DNA from: Haliotis rubra
Taxonomy: Eukaryota
DNA: 64,000 bases
NCBI RefSeq assembly: GCF_003918875.1
Contig: NW_025767085.1
Location: forward strand, 682,001 to 746,000
Direction: 5' to 3'
Shown: positions 51,256 to 64,000 of the stretch, in pieces
How positions within the stretch are numbered: the stretch's first letter is position 1
Layout of the letters: each line of letters begins with the position of its first letter
Made by a program: the position numbers and the translations under genes
Notes under the pieces: model-generated
Told to the model about the DNA's origin: nothing
Databases searched by the model: none
What the model saw: only the letters and a program-made list of their open reading frames with translations

Positions 51256-52194
51256 GGCATAAAACCACACTCACTCACTCACTCACATTTTCGCGAACAT
51301 CTGGTATCAAAAAGTATTTCTAGGTAAGTCAAAAAGACACGCTTGTGGTATAGACGGAATCGAACACTGAAGACTGCTTAAGCCGAAAATCTTTACCTTT
51401 AATTATGAGAACCTTTAATTATGTACTTTTGCTTCAGGTAAGCAAGTGCTCCCACAGTTCCTCAACCGCAGTGACCAACATTTCTGCTTATTCCGTACAT
51501 TCATATAACCATATTTATTAGGAAAATAATAGCTTCCTTCAAATAATCTTGAAAATTTAACATGCATGACTAATACCATGTCGGAATAATATATTTCTTT
51601 TATATCTTTTCCAAACAATGATCAATGATGCCTGCAAACAGGCATTCGTACTGTAAACCAACTGAAGCCCTTGCAGAATCTATACTAGTTTTTTCTGTTA
51701 AGTGAAAAGAGTACATGCAAAATGGATGAGCTGAGTTTACAGATGCTCGCGACGCCGCGTGCAACAACAATCATCACACGGCATCTGTATGTGTCGTACG
51801 TGAAACACAAAGGTCGTCCACGTTTTATCTAGGGCATCAATCTTCTTAAAAATCGAAATTAGGGGTAAAAAAATAACCATCAGTAAGATTACATTGGTCA
51901 CCGAAAGAGTATTTTAGGTACATGTTTGTCTTTTGAAAACTGAAACAAAGCATGAATCCAAATTGTGTTGCCAAATTTAACATATTGCTTAATTTGAACA
52001 TATCGAAATCTCAAATTCTCAAAATATTTTCAAAACATATTTTTTGGAACGGACCAAATATTTCAGTAATTGTCCTATCCTATCAGAGACATTTTGGTAA
52101 TTTTGAGAGTGACCTTCAGCCATGGCTTGTGTAAACCCGGGCGAGGGGTAATCTGCATTATATGGATTACCCGTTTGTGGATTTGGCTATGAAC

Positions 52195-52412
52195 GTTGGT
52201 TGCACTCAGCAGTATTCCAGATATCTGGCGGCGGTCTGTAAATAATCGAGTCTGGACCATACATTATGTAAATAATCGAGTCTGGACCACACAATCCAGT
52301 CGTCAACAGCATGAACATCGATCTACGCAGTTGGGATACGATGAGGTGTCAACCAAGTCAGCAAGTCTGACCACCCGAGCCAGAACAATTCTACCCGGGA
52401 TCTTCACGGGTG
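52195..52412 (-). mobile_element. SINE family A with an internal duplication
   Basis: TGTAAATAATCGAGTCTGGACCA occurs twice. Confidence 0.85.
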
Positions 52413-52529
52413 GGCTTATGGACGTAATAGCATCTTGAGTTTAAATTGAGTGCATCCTTCACATTGAATAAAAAGACACAACTACATCCATATTACAACT
52501 ATATTGTGTTTTTGTGCCTTAAGTATGCA

Positions 52530-53240
52530 GTGCTGCAGTCAAAGACCTCGGTGCCACTCTTGACACTGAACTGTCAATGGAGAAGCATGTAAATCAACTA
52601 GCCAAGACGTGTTACATGTACATCCGTAACATCAGCAAGATCCGCATGCTGATCTCAAAAGATGCTACAATCAAGCTGATGAGGTCATTAATATTATCAC
52701 ATCTGTACTACTGCAATGTTCTGCTAACGGGATCTCCAAAAGGATTAATCAACAAACTACAGCGTGTACAAAACACAGCAGCAATAATTGTAACCATGTA
52801 CCCAGCACGAGAACACTACTCCGATGCCTGCACTGGCTACCTATACAAGAGAAGATTATATACAAAACCTTGTGTATAACATTCCAGTGCATCCAGGGTA
52901 CAGCGCCAGTCTATCTGCATGAGCTTCTCAAGCCATACGTTCCATCTAGTTCTCTGAGATCTCAGACAAGGAACTTGCTGCAAGTTCCAAAAACAACAAC
53001 AAAGGCCTATGGCGAACTGTATTTCTTTCATACAGCAGCAGTCCAATGGAACCAACTGCCAGAAAATCTAAAATCATGTGACAATTTCTCAACTTTTCAA
53101 ACTCTATTAACGACCTATCTCTTTCAGGTGGCATACCTCTAAAACTTTTTCCTACCTACTTCAAAGCGCTTTGAGCATGTCATTCAACGTGGATATTGCG
53201 CTATAGAAATTGACTTTATTATTATATTATTATTATTTTA
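52530..53240 (+). mobile_element. L2-clade LINE 3' fragment (RT C-terminus and tail)
   Basis: KDLGATLDTELSMEKHV, LYYCNVLLTG, KLQRVQNTAA, AVQWNQLP; ends in AAAGCGCTTTGAGC...GCGCTATAGAAA(TTA)n. Confidence 0.88.
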
Positions 53241-53774
53241 GATGATATTGCTATGATGAACATCTAGTACATGCCAAAGTGTTTTTCCTTTCAAACTCTG
53301 GCACCTGAAGTAGTAATTAGAACATCCAGCTCATTGAGTGGGTGTTGGGCTTTGAGTTAGACATGATGTATACCTAGTTTGTGTTTACTTACAATAGTTT
53401 TTACGACAGAATAAGTGGATGGAAAATCATTTACTTAGTCAGGAGAATTAATATTATTTTCCTAAAGAAATTAATATTAATGATTTTCTATAAAACTAAT
53501 GCTCAGTTATTAAGCTATGTCAACATGTACGCTAAAGTACATATTATACTGTTTTAGTATTTGCCTTTTTACTGTTCCCTAACTCTTTTATCGACTGCCA
53601 TCTGATGAGAAATGATGTTTGTATAAATGCATATCGCCACAGAGAGATTGAACAAGCTTAAATAACGTGCATCTGTTGCAGACAAAGCTTCATTGAAAAT
53701 TCAGGTCATATATTGAAGTAGGATTGTTGATTGTAGCCTCGTGAACTAGGCCGTGAAAATCGGAGAAAATCGAG

Positions 53775-53930
53775 TTGAATAAGTTTAATTTTACACTGCT
53801 TTTAGCAATATTCCAGCAACATCAAGGCGGGGAATACGCGAAATGGGCTTCACACAATGTACAAATGTGAGGAATGGAACCGGTTATTCGGCGTGACGAG
53901 CGAACGCTTTCACCACTTGAGTACCTCACG
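53775..53930 (-). mobile_element. SINE family B
   Basis: TTTTAGCAATATTCCAGCAA...CGGCGTGACGAGCGAACGCTT. Confidence 0.85.
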
Positions 53931-54033
53931 AGTTAGTTGCTATTAATACAGATGTCCCTGTGTCATTCATCGCAAGCAATCGAAACAAACATCGCATGCA
54001 ACATATAACAAAAGTCTCCACGCAAAACAAACC

Positions 54034-54392
54034 TTACACAAACATGACCCAAACATTCACATGACGAACAAATACAAACCCAACATGATCAACAAACACA
54101 AACCATACATGTCTAACAAACACAAACACAACATGATCAACAAACACAAACCCTACATGACCAACAAACACAAACCCAATTTGACCAACAAACACAAACC
54201 CAACATGATCAACACACATGAACTCTTTATGACCAACAAACACAAACCCTACATGACCAACAAACACAAACCCAACATGACCTAGAAACACAAACCCTAC
54301 ACGGCAAACAACCAAGAACTCTATATGACGAACGAACATTAACCTTACATGACCAACAAACATGAACTCTACATGACCAACAAACATGAACT
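54034..54392. repeat. 24-bp AC-rich minisatellite
   Basis: ACATGACCAACAAACACAAACCCA tandem. Confidence 0.88.
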
Positions 54393-54499
54393 GGAACCAG
54401 CTCAGACATCCGATTACTCCAGGATATGTTATCTCTTTCACTGAGACTTGTATTCATCATTATGACTGAGTAAACCCAAGAACACATTGTGCAAGGAAG

Positions 54500-54760
54500 T
54501 ATGCCTGGACAGAACGGTCTGGAAACCAACAGACAAACGGTGTGTTGGTCTCGTTTCTTTCAACGAGACAATGCACGTGCTCATCGCGCGCGAATGGGCA
54601 GTGTTAACCTCCCAACATCGCACCAACCAGTGAATGGCATGACCAGCAACGGAAATCATTGGAAACGAGAGCAAGATGTGCGCGTTAATGTCATTACTCG
54701 GCGACAACATTGAATGAACATGATAGGCGCTACAAGAGGAGTAGGACATATTCCCTTAAA
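54500..54760 (+). mobile_element. Tc1 transposase C-terminal fragment
   Basis: FFQRDNARAHRAR; GATRGVGH. Confidence 0.55.
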
Positions 54761-55835
54761 TCCCCATTGGCAGCCCGGTACACACTGTGCCTCTTTAGGT
54801 GAATACATGTTTGACAAATCGGGGTGGTATTTCCCTATACCGATCCCACACCGTCATCTTTCAAAACTCCTATCGTCCTTCAAGATCGTCGGCGGTGGCA
54901 CTTCGATCACCACCCGTTGTTATCCAAATACTTTTAGTGTTTTTCTTACAAGTTTTAATAGAAATAATATGTCATTTTCCGGGTATCACGTCATTCTATA
55001 AAAAGCAGTGGAGCTTTTTAGTATGTTACATATTATAACAAGGCTTGTCAGTTACGGACAATGTTGAATGTGATACTCTATTGATATTGCGGGCTTAATA
55101 CTATGTCCCGTTAGTATCCTTGTAGAAAGTTTTACAAAGTACTAAATATATCCTGACAATTAGTGTTAGATTTAGCGCAAATAGTTTCATCTGATGGTTT
55201 CAGTGAATCAGAAAATTCAAACATGCAATGCATAAGGATTCGACAAAACTGCGCCGTCCAGGACGTCTACTAAAGCAGTTTATAAACCTATGGCCAATTT
55301 TGTCTATTGTTCTTGCAGTTGCTTCGCATTATGGACTAACCTCGGTAGAGGTTTTACGATTGCAGGAGGTTTTACAATGATCATTGTAATACCTCGCAGG
55401 AGGTTTTACAATGACCGTTGTAATACCTCATACGAGGTACGAAGTTTTACAATGGTCGTTGTAAAACCTCATACCCTGATGACTGATCGTAAAATATCTA
55501 GTTATTGAAAACTTCCAATATTCTTTGGCCATAACTGGTTTCGAACCCGCAACCCATCGCTCTCTAGCTTGGCGCTTTTATCCACTACGCTACGAAGGAT
55601 CGCTGTGAGGAAGGAGATTGTTTGTCAGTATGAACCATGTGTTTCTCACACGACAGGTACTGCGGGCAGCGCACGTGCAGGACACGGGTAGCGCGTGCAG
55701 AGCACGAGCATTGTGCCAGTCGCATCCCAGTTGACACCGGCTGTTCCAACATTTGCGGGCTGTTCCATCAATGTTGTTCTACTCAGTACATGCACAAATT
55801 GAAATTAAGTGTTGTCTTAGACGGTTTATAAGTTA

Positions 55836-55943
55836 GATAAAACACTCCTCCTCGGTTTTGGTTGAGATTGTAAAACCTCAGTGTCAGTTTCCTTCCCCTG
55901 AGGTTTTACAATCTCAACCAAAACCGAGGAGGAGTGTTTTATC
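55836..55943. repeat. Perfect 46-bp inverted repeat with a 16-nt loop
   Basis: GATAAAACACTCCTCCTCGGTTTTGGTTGAGATTGTAAAACCTCAG and its exact reverse complement. Confidence 0.92.
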
Positions 55944-56699
55944 CTACACATATCATATTATAACTACGCAATTATATGACCGACATGTAAGCGTCCGACA
56001 GGATCAAAGATATGTAAGCGTCCGACAGGACCTAAGGAATCTTCTCTTTATCGAGACAAGTCACAAGGTGACCACACCTTAAACATAATGGAAATTATAC
56101 ACGTACGTACCTTTGCCCTGTGCTAACCCGTCTCGAAAGTCAGCTGCAGAATGCGCTGTTGCCCAGTTAGAGGAGGATCGTTATGTGCGCCTTTTGATAA
56201 CTCGCCAAATGGCATTCCGCTTCAGTTCACAACGGGGACGAATGAAACACCACCGTGGTACAATGGTACAACGTTTTTATAAGCTTAATACTCTTCATGT
56301 AAACAGGGCAAATTGTGTGTTGCATTTCTGCGTCTTAAAATAAACAAGTAACTGTGGGTGAACAAACATTCAAATTGTGAAATCAAGGGACTCAATTTAT
56401 GCGACAATACTAACACTTTAGTCAGTGTATTTTATTTTGCTGCACCCAACAACATGTATCTGTTAACATCCGTGATACACGCTGATACAACGCAGTTGCA
56501 ATTTTACGTCAGAGCCAGGAAGAAATGTCACATACAAGGAATGTCAGCATGTCCTTGTAATGTGTGTTAATAGACTGGAGACAAATCGGTGGCTCTCAAT
56601 GATTATTTGTACATGGTGTGTGAGTATGATATTCAGTCGCAAGTATTTATCCTTTGTTTTGGCAGATGACAATTTAGAATTGATTAAAACTCTTTTCCA

Positions 56700-57900
56700 T
56701 ATTTGTATAGAATCGATACTAATATCTATTCTGTTTTCTTTAAGATATTTGATACGCAAATCCAACCAATTCTTTTATATGGCGCTGAAGTTTGGGGTAA
56801 TAATAATTTCAATAAAATGAAATGTCCATCTCACTGAATGTAAAAAGTTTATAAACGTTGGTCCACAGACACCAAATGCCATTGTATTCGGTGAATGTGG
56901 CCGATATCTACTGTACATAAATGCACAATGTCGATTTGTAAAATACTGGTTAAAACTTGTGTTTATGTGTCAATATAGAATAGAAAGAAAAGCTTATGAC
57001 ATGTTACTTTATTATGATAACTGTGGATATACAACTTATATTTCTTTTGTTCGTTATTTTTTAATTCCACAAGGTTTTGGGTATGTTTGGTTGTCTCAAG
57101 GGGTTGGTGATATACTACTCACACTTTACTAAGGATAACAAAAATTCGTAACTTCACTTAAACGTTCAATTATAATTTGAAATTGTATCCATTTAAAACT
57201 GGATAAATAATGATGTGGTAACACATCTTTAGAAAAACAGACACTTTAAGCTAACCGTATGCACTTGATGCACGAGTAACCCCAAAAATGGTTTTCATGG
57301 CACCAACCAACCATTTTGCAAATCATGGCACGGGACATTGACAAGTACACAACACCTGTCAATAGCAGATACGGGATCCACAAGAAGCAGTCACATACTG
57401 AAACCTAGGATCCATGCTTACAATTGGCTTAGATATTTAAACCAAAATTGACCCCACGTCACAGTTTTTTGTTGAATCCATGATTTGATCCTTATCAAAG
57501 TGTGAATAGTATATTTCAGTTTTCTTCAAATGTTTAAGAATGTTGCAGTTAATGTGTATTTACAGTCATGGAATGGTATTTTACAAGAAAGCTACTCGAT
57601 ATAGTGTATATAGACAATATAAAAGCCTATTTGAACCAGAAAAGTATCTCACTCTATTAACTGATTATGTCAGTTGTGTAGCACTGGAAGTGAAGATGAG
57701 TATCATTTTATTCTAGTGGGTAAATACTATAGGAATTTAAGACAGCGTTATCTACCATGTATGTATCACCACAACGTTAATATTAACAAATTTAGACAGC
57801 TACTGAATTCAAAGTGTAGTGATGTATTAAATAATTGATGTAGATATGTTTGTCAAGGGTTAATCTCAAGAGAACAATATATCAAACATCCATGTACATT
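56700..57900 (+). mobile_element. Degraded LINE ORF2 C-terminal fragment
   Basis: FDTQIQPILLYGAEVWG, TPNAIVFGECGRY, VKYWLKL, EDEYHFIL. Confidence 0.75.
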
Positions 57901-58259
57901 GTATGCAATTCATGTGCGATGTAGACGTATTATGTTATGTGTATATGGGCCAAAGTCCTTCATACACCTTAACAACTTGAAATCAGGTGTGAATGTACGA
58001 TTATGACTATATCAGGAGCATGTGTTTATGAATCGCTTTCAGATTATTTTTTTTATTATTATTAATTTTTTTTATTGGTTCCCAATATTACAATATTGCA
58101 GATATACCAAGCCGTGATACGTACGGCTTAAAGTAATATGGCTACATGATGTACAGGTAAGATATTTTTGTATTAATATATTTATAAACATGCATAATTC
58201 ATTAAATAGATAATGTACAGATAGTGTGAGGTACAAGTCAATACAGTTTGAGTCATCTA

Positions 58260-58720
58260 AGTACTGGGGAGAGAAGGCTCCATTTATTATTTATTTTATT
58301 ATTCTTTGCTGATATATGTTTTTCCACAAAAAATATTTCTTTTAGAGTTTTTATATAGAAAGTTAGATTTGGAAGCATATTTTTAATACTGCATGAGTGA
58401 ATATGTCTCTTTGCAGCAATGATGATGTGATTTAGTAATCTATTTTCATTTTGAGTACCAAATCATGTTTTTTGATAATTTCAATGGATGTGGATAGTAA
58501 TTGTTAAGCCAAATTTGTAGGTTTATCCAAAATGTTTGAGTCTCCTGACATTCCCAGTACACATGACACACACTCTCATTTACATCTTTGTAAAACACAA
58601 ACTGTTGTCAATTTTTTTCATTTTGACTAATTCCTTTTTTGTGTAAATAATACCTTGTAGAAATCTATATTGAAAGTCTATAATCTTTGTATCTTGCAAT
58701 CCCTTTCTATATACTGTAAA
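58260..58720 (-). mobile_element. L1/Tx1-like LINE fragment
   Basis: DFQYRFLQGIIYTKKELVKMK...HVYWECQETQTFW. Confidence 0.7.
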
Positions 58721-58734
58721 ATCGCTATCAGATT

Positions 58735-59222
58735 AGTATAGGATATTTATATAGCGCACATATTCACGCAAGGCGTTGGAGTGTTCCCTTGGTCAAAGGA
58801 TGTCTTAAGTTTCTTCTGGCATTCTTTTTAACCAACTCAACTCCCTGTGGAGTATTCATGCAGCCTGTGAAGTGCAGAGAGTTATCACACAGCCTCATCC
58901 TCACAAGGTACACATTAGCAGCTGGGTGAACTGGGACACATAGTCACAGTATATTGTAATGATACTGCACATTACTATACCCGTAACTAGGTGTCTGCAC
59001 GTGTACGTGTGTCCACCATCTGGTCACCTACCGTCGGATGAGTGGGTTCTTTTAAGAGCACAAGGTTGTGTACAGCACACTAGGAGTTTTGACAACACTG
59101 AAAGAGCCGGCAAGTAATGTTAGCTCCAAGGTTTTTATACCCGGTCACATGTGGGGATCGATCCAGGCTCCTTTCGCTTACTAGCGCAGTGCCTTAGACA
59201 GCTCGTCTACCTTGCCCCCAGA
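58735..59222 (-). mobile_element. SINE family C: tRNA head, conserved central domain, L2-like tail
   Basis: Head GGGGGCAAGGTAGACGAG...GGATCGATCCC; central CCCAGTTCACCCAGCTGCTAATGTGTACC; tail GCGCTATATAAAT resembling the L2 end near 53200. Confidence 0.65.
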
Positions 59223-59514
59223 TAGTGATGGAACATGGTGTTCGCGAAACGATGAGCTCTTGATGGACAAGAAGGGTGAGATTGGCATGGTTGGGGACCC
59301 GGGTTTCATGTGGGAAATCGACCCTGGGTCTTCGGCGTGACGAGCGAACGCTTTAACCACTAGGCTACCTCACAGGTTAGGTCCAATACTGCCTACAGTT
59401 CCAAACTGCCTATATCCCAAACTGCCAACAAAACTATTGTAGGCAGCGTGGGAAAAGATTTTTTGCCCTGTAGAATAATGGAACAGCCCGAGTATCAATG
59501 AAAAAGGGTGCTCC

Positions 59515-60923
59515 GGTGTCCTCCCATTTGCGAGAACTCCCAGTTGTGAGACACACTAATTAATGGTTCAGTGCACACAGGTGGTGCTTCCCAATCCCTA
59601 CGATGAAAGTGGGAACAGCCCTGTTGCTGAAGAGTACCCGCAGGAGGCATAGTTCATTAATGAGACACAGAAGACATTGTTCATTGAAGAGCATTTATTG
59701 TTTTCAATAAAGAAGAAGATAAATACTGAAATGCTGAAAAAGATTATCATTATATTTACACAGAAGAAATAGTCCTTTAAATACTTCATTATCATTTTTT
59801 ATTCACACATTTTGATGATTTGCGCTATTATGATGTTTGTGTGTCATTATAAAACACTTTTTTACATGGGTCCATATTTGGAGAATTTGACACTTTTCAT
59901 ATTTTCGGCAGTTTGCCGACTGCATCAAGATACTGCATGTGATATTTCGTTCCATCTGCAAGTTGATCTTTGAGTCTATGTAGTCGATTGTCTATTTCCC
60001 TATACATGCGTTTCCTCGATCGAGGGGCGCCTCCCAGGTCGAGTTGGCACAGCTTGGTCTTCTCTGCCTTCTCTATTTTCCTGATGATTTCCATAAACCT
60101 GAAGATGTTTGGATGGCGATGACATGTAGCATTCAATCTACTGTGAAACCCCTCAATGTTGTTGTTAGTCCCAACGTTCTACAAACCCAAACTCAAGCTC
60201 AACAGCTCGAATAGCAGCCATCTCAAAGTCCACTTGAAACTTGTCAGGGTTGAGAGGCTGGTTGAGAAGTTGCTGAACATGGATCTTAAGGTTGCTGAAA
60301 AGGCGCTGGTATGTAGCTTGACGACGGTCAGGGAGCAGGGCGTATACCAAGGGGAAGGTCGTTATCCCTTTCCTGACATGGAGGATGTACCGCTGGTTCC
60401 AGAGGTCGGGACATGCTGTGAAGATAACTGTTGCGGATCGAAGCACTCGCAGCTGTTCATCTGTTGAGAACACGAGCATCTTGTCGTCTTCACCATCGCT
60501 GAACAGCAGAAATCTGTTGCCGCTTAGGGGTGGTGTGGCTTGTTGAAGGCCTGCCATAATGGTGATCGGAAAGAGCCGTCACAGGTTAATAAATACATTT
60601 GGATTAATTATAGTTACAACAGTTATTGCTAGATATTTCAAGCACGTAAATCTGAGTAGGTAAATTAATTTCTCTTTCAAATGATCACGAAGTTACCTAC
60701 ACAAAGTGTTTATTTTTTAAAGCCATTTACCTGAGTAGGTTAATTACTTTATCTTTTAAGCTACCTCCACAAGATTCAGTTAAATAGCTAATCCCTAATT
60801 AGCTGGGGTTAATCCATTCTATCAGATAGTGGAGTAAGGTGTGTTTTCTTTGCTACTTACCTTCTCCACTGTCTCACAACTGGGAGTCTCGCAACTGGGA
60901 GTTCTCGCAAATGGGAGTAGACC
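59515..60923 (-). mobile_element. Inner MULE element with transposase remnant (59897-60557)
   Basis: TIR GGT(GTC/CTA)CTCCCATTTGCGAGAACTCCCAGTTG; MLVFSTDEQL, FPLVYALLPDR, VDFEMAAIRA, TNNNIEGFH, HPNIFRF. Confidence 0.9.
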
Positions 60924-61537
60924 ATGAAAAAGGGGTGCTTCGTTTGGAGTAAGGGATAATTAGGGGGATTATATTAGTATATATCTGTGCATCTACTTCT
61001 GTGTATAGTATGTTTTGAGTCTTCTCATCCAATAAAGACTACAAGACAAGTACAATGATATTGTTTTATTTTGTTTTGGGAAGCAGTTAGCATGCTTATA
61101 TTGTAACCTCCAAAGCAGGATTAACTTAATCCTATTTGATCAAGTTGGGTAGGCTTGTTTTAACTATGTTGTTACAGGCTTTGTCTGTCTTTGTCAGATA
61201 AATGTCGAAAAACATGGTAAGGGCTAAATTGTTGAGAAGATCTCATCTTCTCAGTTAATTAAACTGTATCCATCACACAATGGCAAATGTTCAACGCGTT
61301 CAATTCATCACTTCTCAAGCAGGAGGACAGCAAGTTTTCTTTGCTGGGTACCGATATCGCCTCAACGTCAGACGACAGACCACAACGCATTGGAAGTGTG
61401 TACATTCTGAATGCAAAGGCCGCTGTTCTACAACTGGAGACTTCATGAAATCAACAACACCGCACAACCATGTCCCACTGGAATCTGAAAATGAGATTCA
61501 ACTCCTTAGCAGACTGCGTCAGCGTGTACAGGAGGTC

Positions 61538-61617
61538 ATCCATTTCTGGTGTCCCCCGCCGTGATGTTGCTGGAATATTGCTAAAAGCGGCGTAAAACCA
61601 AACTCAGTCAGTCAGTT
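61538..61617 (+). mobile_element. SINE family B 3' fragment inserted in the MULE ORF
   Basis: CTGGTGTCCCCCGCCGTGATGTTGCTGGAATATTGCTAAAAGCGGCGTAAAACC; AGGAGG duplicated on both sides. Confidence 0.85.
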
Positions 61618-63099
61618 AGGAGGACGTCACATCCATTCGGCAGCTGTACGATGAAGAGTTGTCCGAGGTTGCTGACCCAGCGTCTGTACGATCGTTCTCG
61701 AGTGTAAAGTCCTCCCTCTACCGGCACAGAAGCAAAGTTCTACCAAACCTACCCAAGTCTCTAGCTGATGTTCAACTCGAAGGACCATGGACTCAGACAA
61801 AAGATGGACAGCAATTCTTGTGCATTGATGATGGTGACGATGAAAAGACACTGGCTTTTGCTTCAGAGGACATGCTAAACATGCTCCACAGTGCCGCCAA
61901 GTGGTATATGGATGGAACTTTCTATGTTGCACCTGCCCTATGGGACCAGCTATGAGGCACGTTTTCCGGTACGGATCTGGACGCAGTATGGAAATATTGG
62001 CCAGCGGACTAGCAACCACCTTGAGGGGTGAAAAACCTTATTGCCAAAGTCCACCCAAACATCTACCTCTTCATCTGCAACATCAAGAAAATTTAAGCCG
62101 TGGACAAAGCTAAACGTGCTCAGCTCGACTGTGGTGCCCTCCCCAAGTCACGCAAGCGTGCTTACAGAGAGCTCGATGCCACATTTCTGAGACTGAAGGA
62201 GCACCCCCAGAGCGGCAGAAAAATGCCTCTTCAGTACCTTGATGCTGCTGGACATCAAGTTTGCAAAGTGATTGTCAGTTGTGTGTGAAAAGACTGTAAA
62301 ACCACTGAAAGACTGTAAAACCAGTTTTTCATGATAAATCCATGTCTCCATGTAAAGTCTGAGAATTCTCAGAATGAATAAGGATGTCCTACCAACCAAC
62401 ACTTGTAATTTGTTTAAACTTCTGTAGGCAGAGTGGGAAGACACCATAGAATTAACCAGCTAACTAGTCAAGTTCATTTTAGCAGGGGTAGAACAGGTCA
62501 GATCGGTGTATTCACTTCCTGATCACTGGACCGTTGTTTTAACCTGTAGGCAGTTTGGACCTGTAGGCAGTATGGAAATACGCCACCTCACAAGCCAGAA
62601 AAGGATAGCTAATTAGCAAACCATGACCAAATCTAATTAGCTGAGCAGCGTTATTACCGCATCCACCTAGCAACAACCACTCTGTGACAAGACAATCCAC
62701 AAGATGCATAGGCATCAGTTAAATCAACTACATAGATCGACCTAACTCAGCTTTTATAGTTATGAGATATGATCACTGAGGGTTTAGCCCTAAATATGTC
62801 TATTGGACAATTAGGATGAGGGGTGCGCGCCCAAATTAAATGCCCCACAATGAAAGCAGAATTGAGTTTGCTGAAATAAACTCGAGTAGCAAACTCACTA
62901 CTCAACAAGTATGTAATATTTGGATTACACCTTCTCGGCACTGAGAAAGGGCAATCCTATTTATTTCACATGATACATTTGACCACTTGTTAACATAGAC
63001 TGTGTATTGAGCGCTGTGGTACTACCCAGGAAGCATACCCAGTCCAAGTACGTAGACTTCATGTCAAAAACTCGAACAATAAAAAAGCCACCAAAACGA

Positions 63100-63961
63100 T
63101 TATGACCGGCAAAACACCAAGCACATGCAGCATCATAATCAAGGGTACGGTAAAGAACTCAAACAAAAAGGTAATGATACTCGTGTAGTGCTGGCGACGT
63201 CAGCTGAACAAGTTTATTTGTTTGTGGAAAGGGCGTTTTAAACTGGAAACGCCTGCCTAATCTACTAGTATTTGATCTTTTATGTCAATACAATATGTTT
63301 AAAACAAATTACTATGTGCATATGTCACTTCTTCGTTCGATAAACAAGTCCACGTGATCACACACAATTAATAAGCTGATGTGTTGCTAAAATATCCAGT
63401 CAATAAAGCATGAGAAATTCGTCGTTACCTTTAAAGTTTCTGCGCACAAAGGTTATCGCGATATGAGTTGATTGTCATTTTCTGAATATGTTTTAAACAT
63501 ATTTTATTGATATAAAAGATCCAATGGATTGGGCAAACATTCTCTGAATGACAACCGTGACCATGAAGAACTCCCAGACAACGTCTCTTGTGTGTCATGT
63601 AATCTCAGGGATAAGTATCAACTGGCAGACAATTAATTAACATTGACAAAAACCGTTTGTATCACATCATGTTCATTAAAATACAATTTGTAATGTAAGC
63701 ATATGTGACACTGTCTCTGTTGGAAAGCATGTTATTTGTCACTCACGGTAAAGGTGTAACTAGATTCGAAATAATGCCCATGACTAATATAATGAAAATC
63801 AGCTTTGGTTTACAGGCTTCATATGGTAATTGCAGACAAGTCGTGCACAAAGGTATTTTGGAAACGACATTCAAAAAGACAGCATTATATGACCAAAATA
63901 CTTTAAGTAATGTATAATCTGACTGTCAGCGAGATATCTGAGGTTCAAGGTCACTGGTCTC
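63100..63961 (+). repeat. Dispersed about 0.9-kb repeat, copy 2
   Basis: Colinear with 50328-51255. Confidence 0.88.
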
Positions 63962-64000
63962 AGATGTCTCGTGACAGGTATCATTGGGGAGCCAGGCTAC

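Larger units (their letters stand above)
59375..62584 (+). mobile_element. Outer MULE element with decayed FLYWCH plus MULE transposase (61280-62270)
   Basis: TIR ATACTGCCTACAG.TCCAAACTGCCTA at both ends; 8-bp TSD ACCTCACA; FLYWCH-type FAGYRY...HWKC...CKGR...HNH; WYMDGTFYVAP..WDQL. Confidence 0.9.

Noticed and set aside
55527-55599. tRNA gene
   Set aside because: A and B boxes are present but I could not form a convincing acceptor stem; likely a SINE head or pseudogene. SINE B and C heads were rejected for the same reason.

Overview
AT-rich, repeat-dense eukaryotic (animal) genomic DNA. The SINE sequences resemble Nin-domain and tRNA-derived SINEs known from molluscs, so a gastropod such as abalone is plausible; this is an inference. 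The six-frame ORF track misses the real genes because they are spliced. Manual exon assembly reveals two divergently transcribed genes for cysteine-rich extracellular proteins. Gene B (+, 20689-45629, 11 coding exons, all GT-AG and phase-compatible, 337 aa) has a signal peptide, four tandem six-cysteine domains sharing an invariant C-x8-C-x7-C core (the spacing of the neuritin/CPG15 and RGM N-terminal helical domains) and a GPI-anchor-like hydrophobic tail. Gene A (-, 9539-7610, 3 coding exons plus UTR exons) has a signal peptide, a Cys-rich region with three C-x8-C motifs, a (PTTT)n stalk and a six-Cys C-terminal module ending in CC; it carries one apparent frameshift. In both genes an exon end with its 5' splice site has been tandemly amplified into the intron. 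The rest of the window is at least five distinct decayed Tc1/mariner elements, nested MULE (Mutator-like) elements, LINE fragments, three SINE families, foldback MITEs and many minisatellites.
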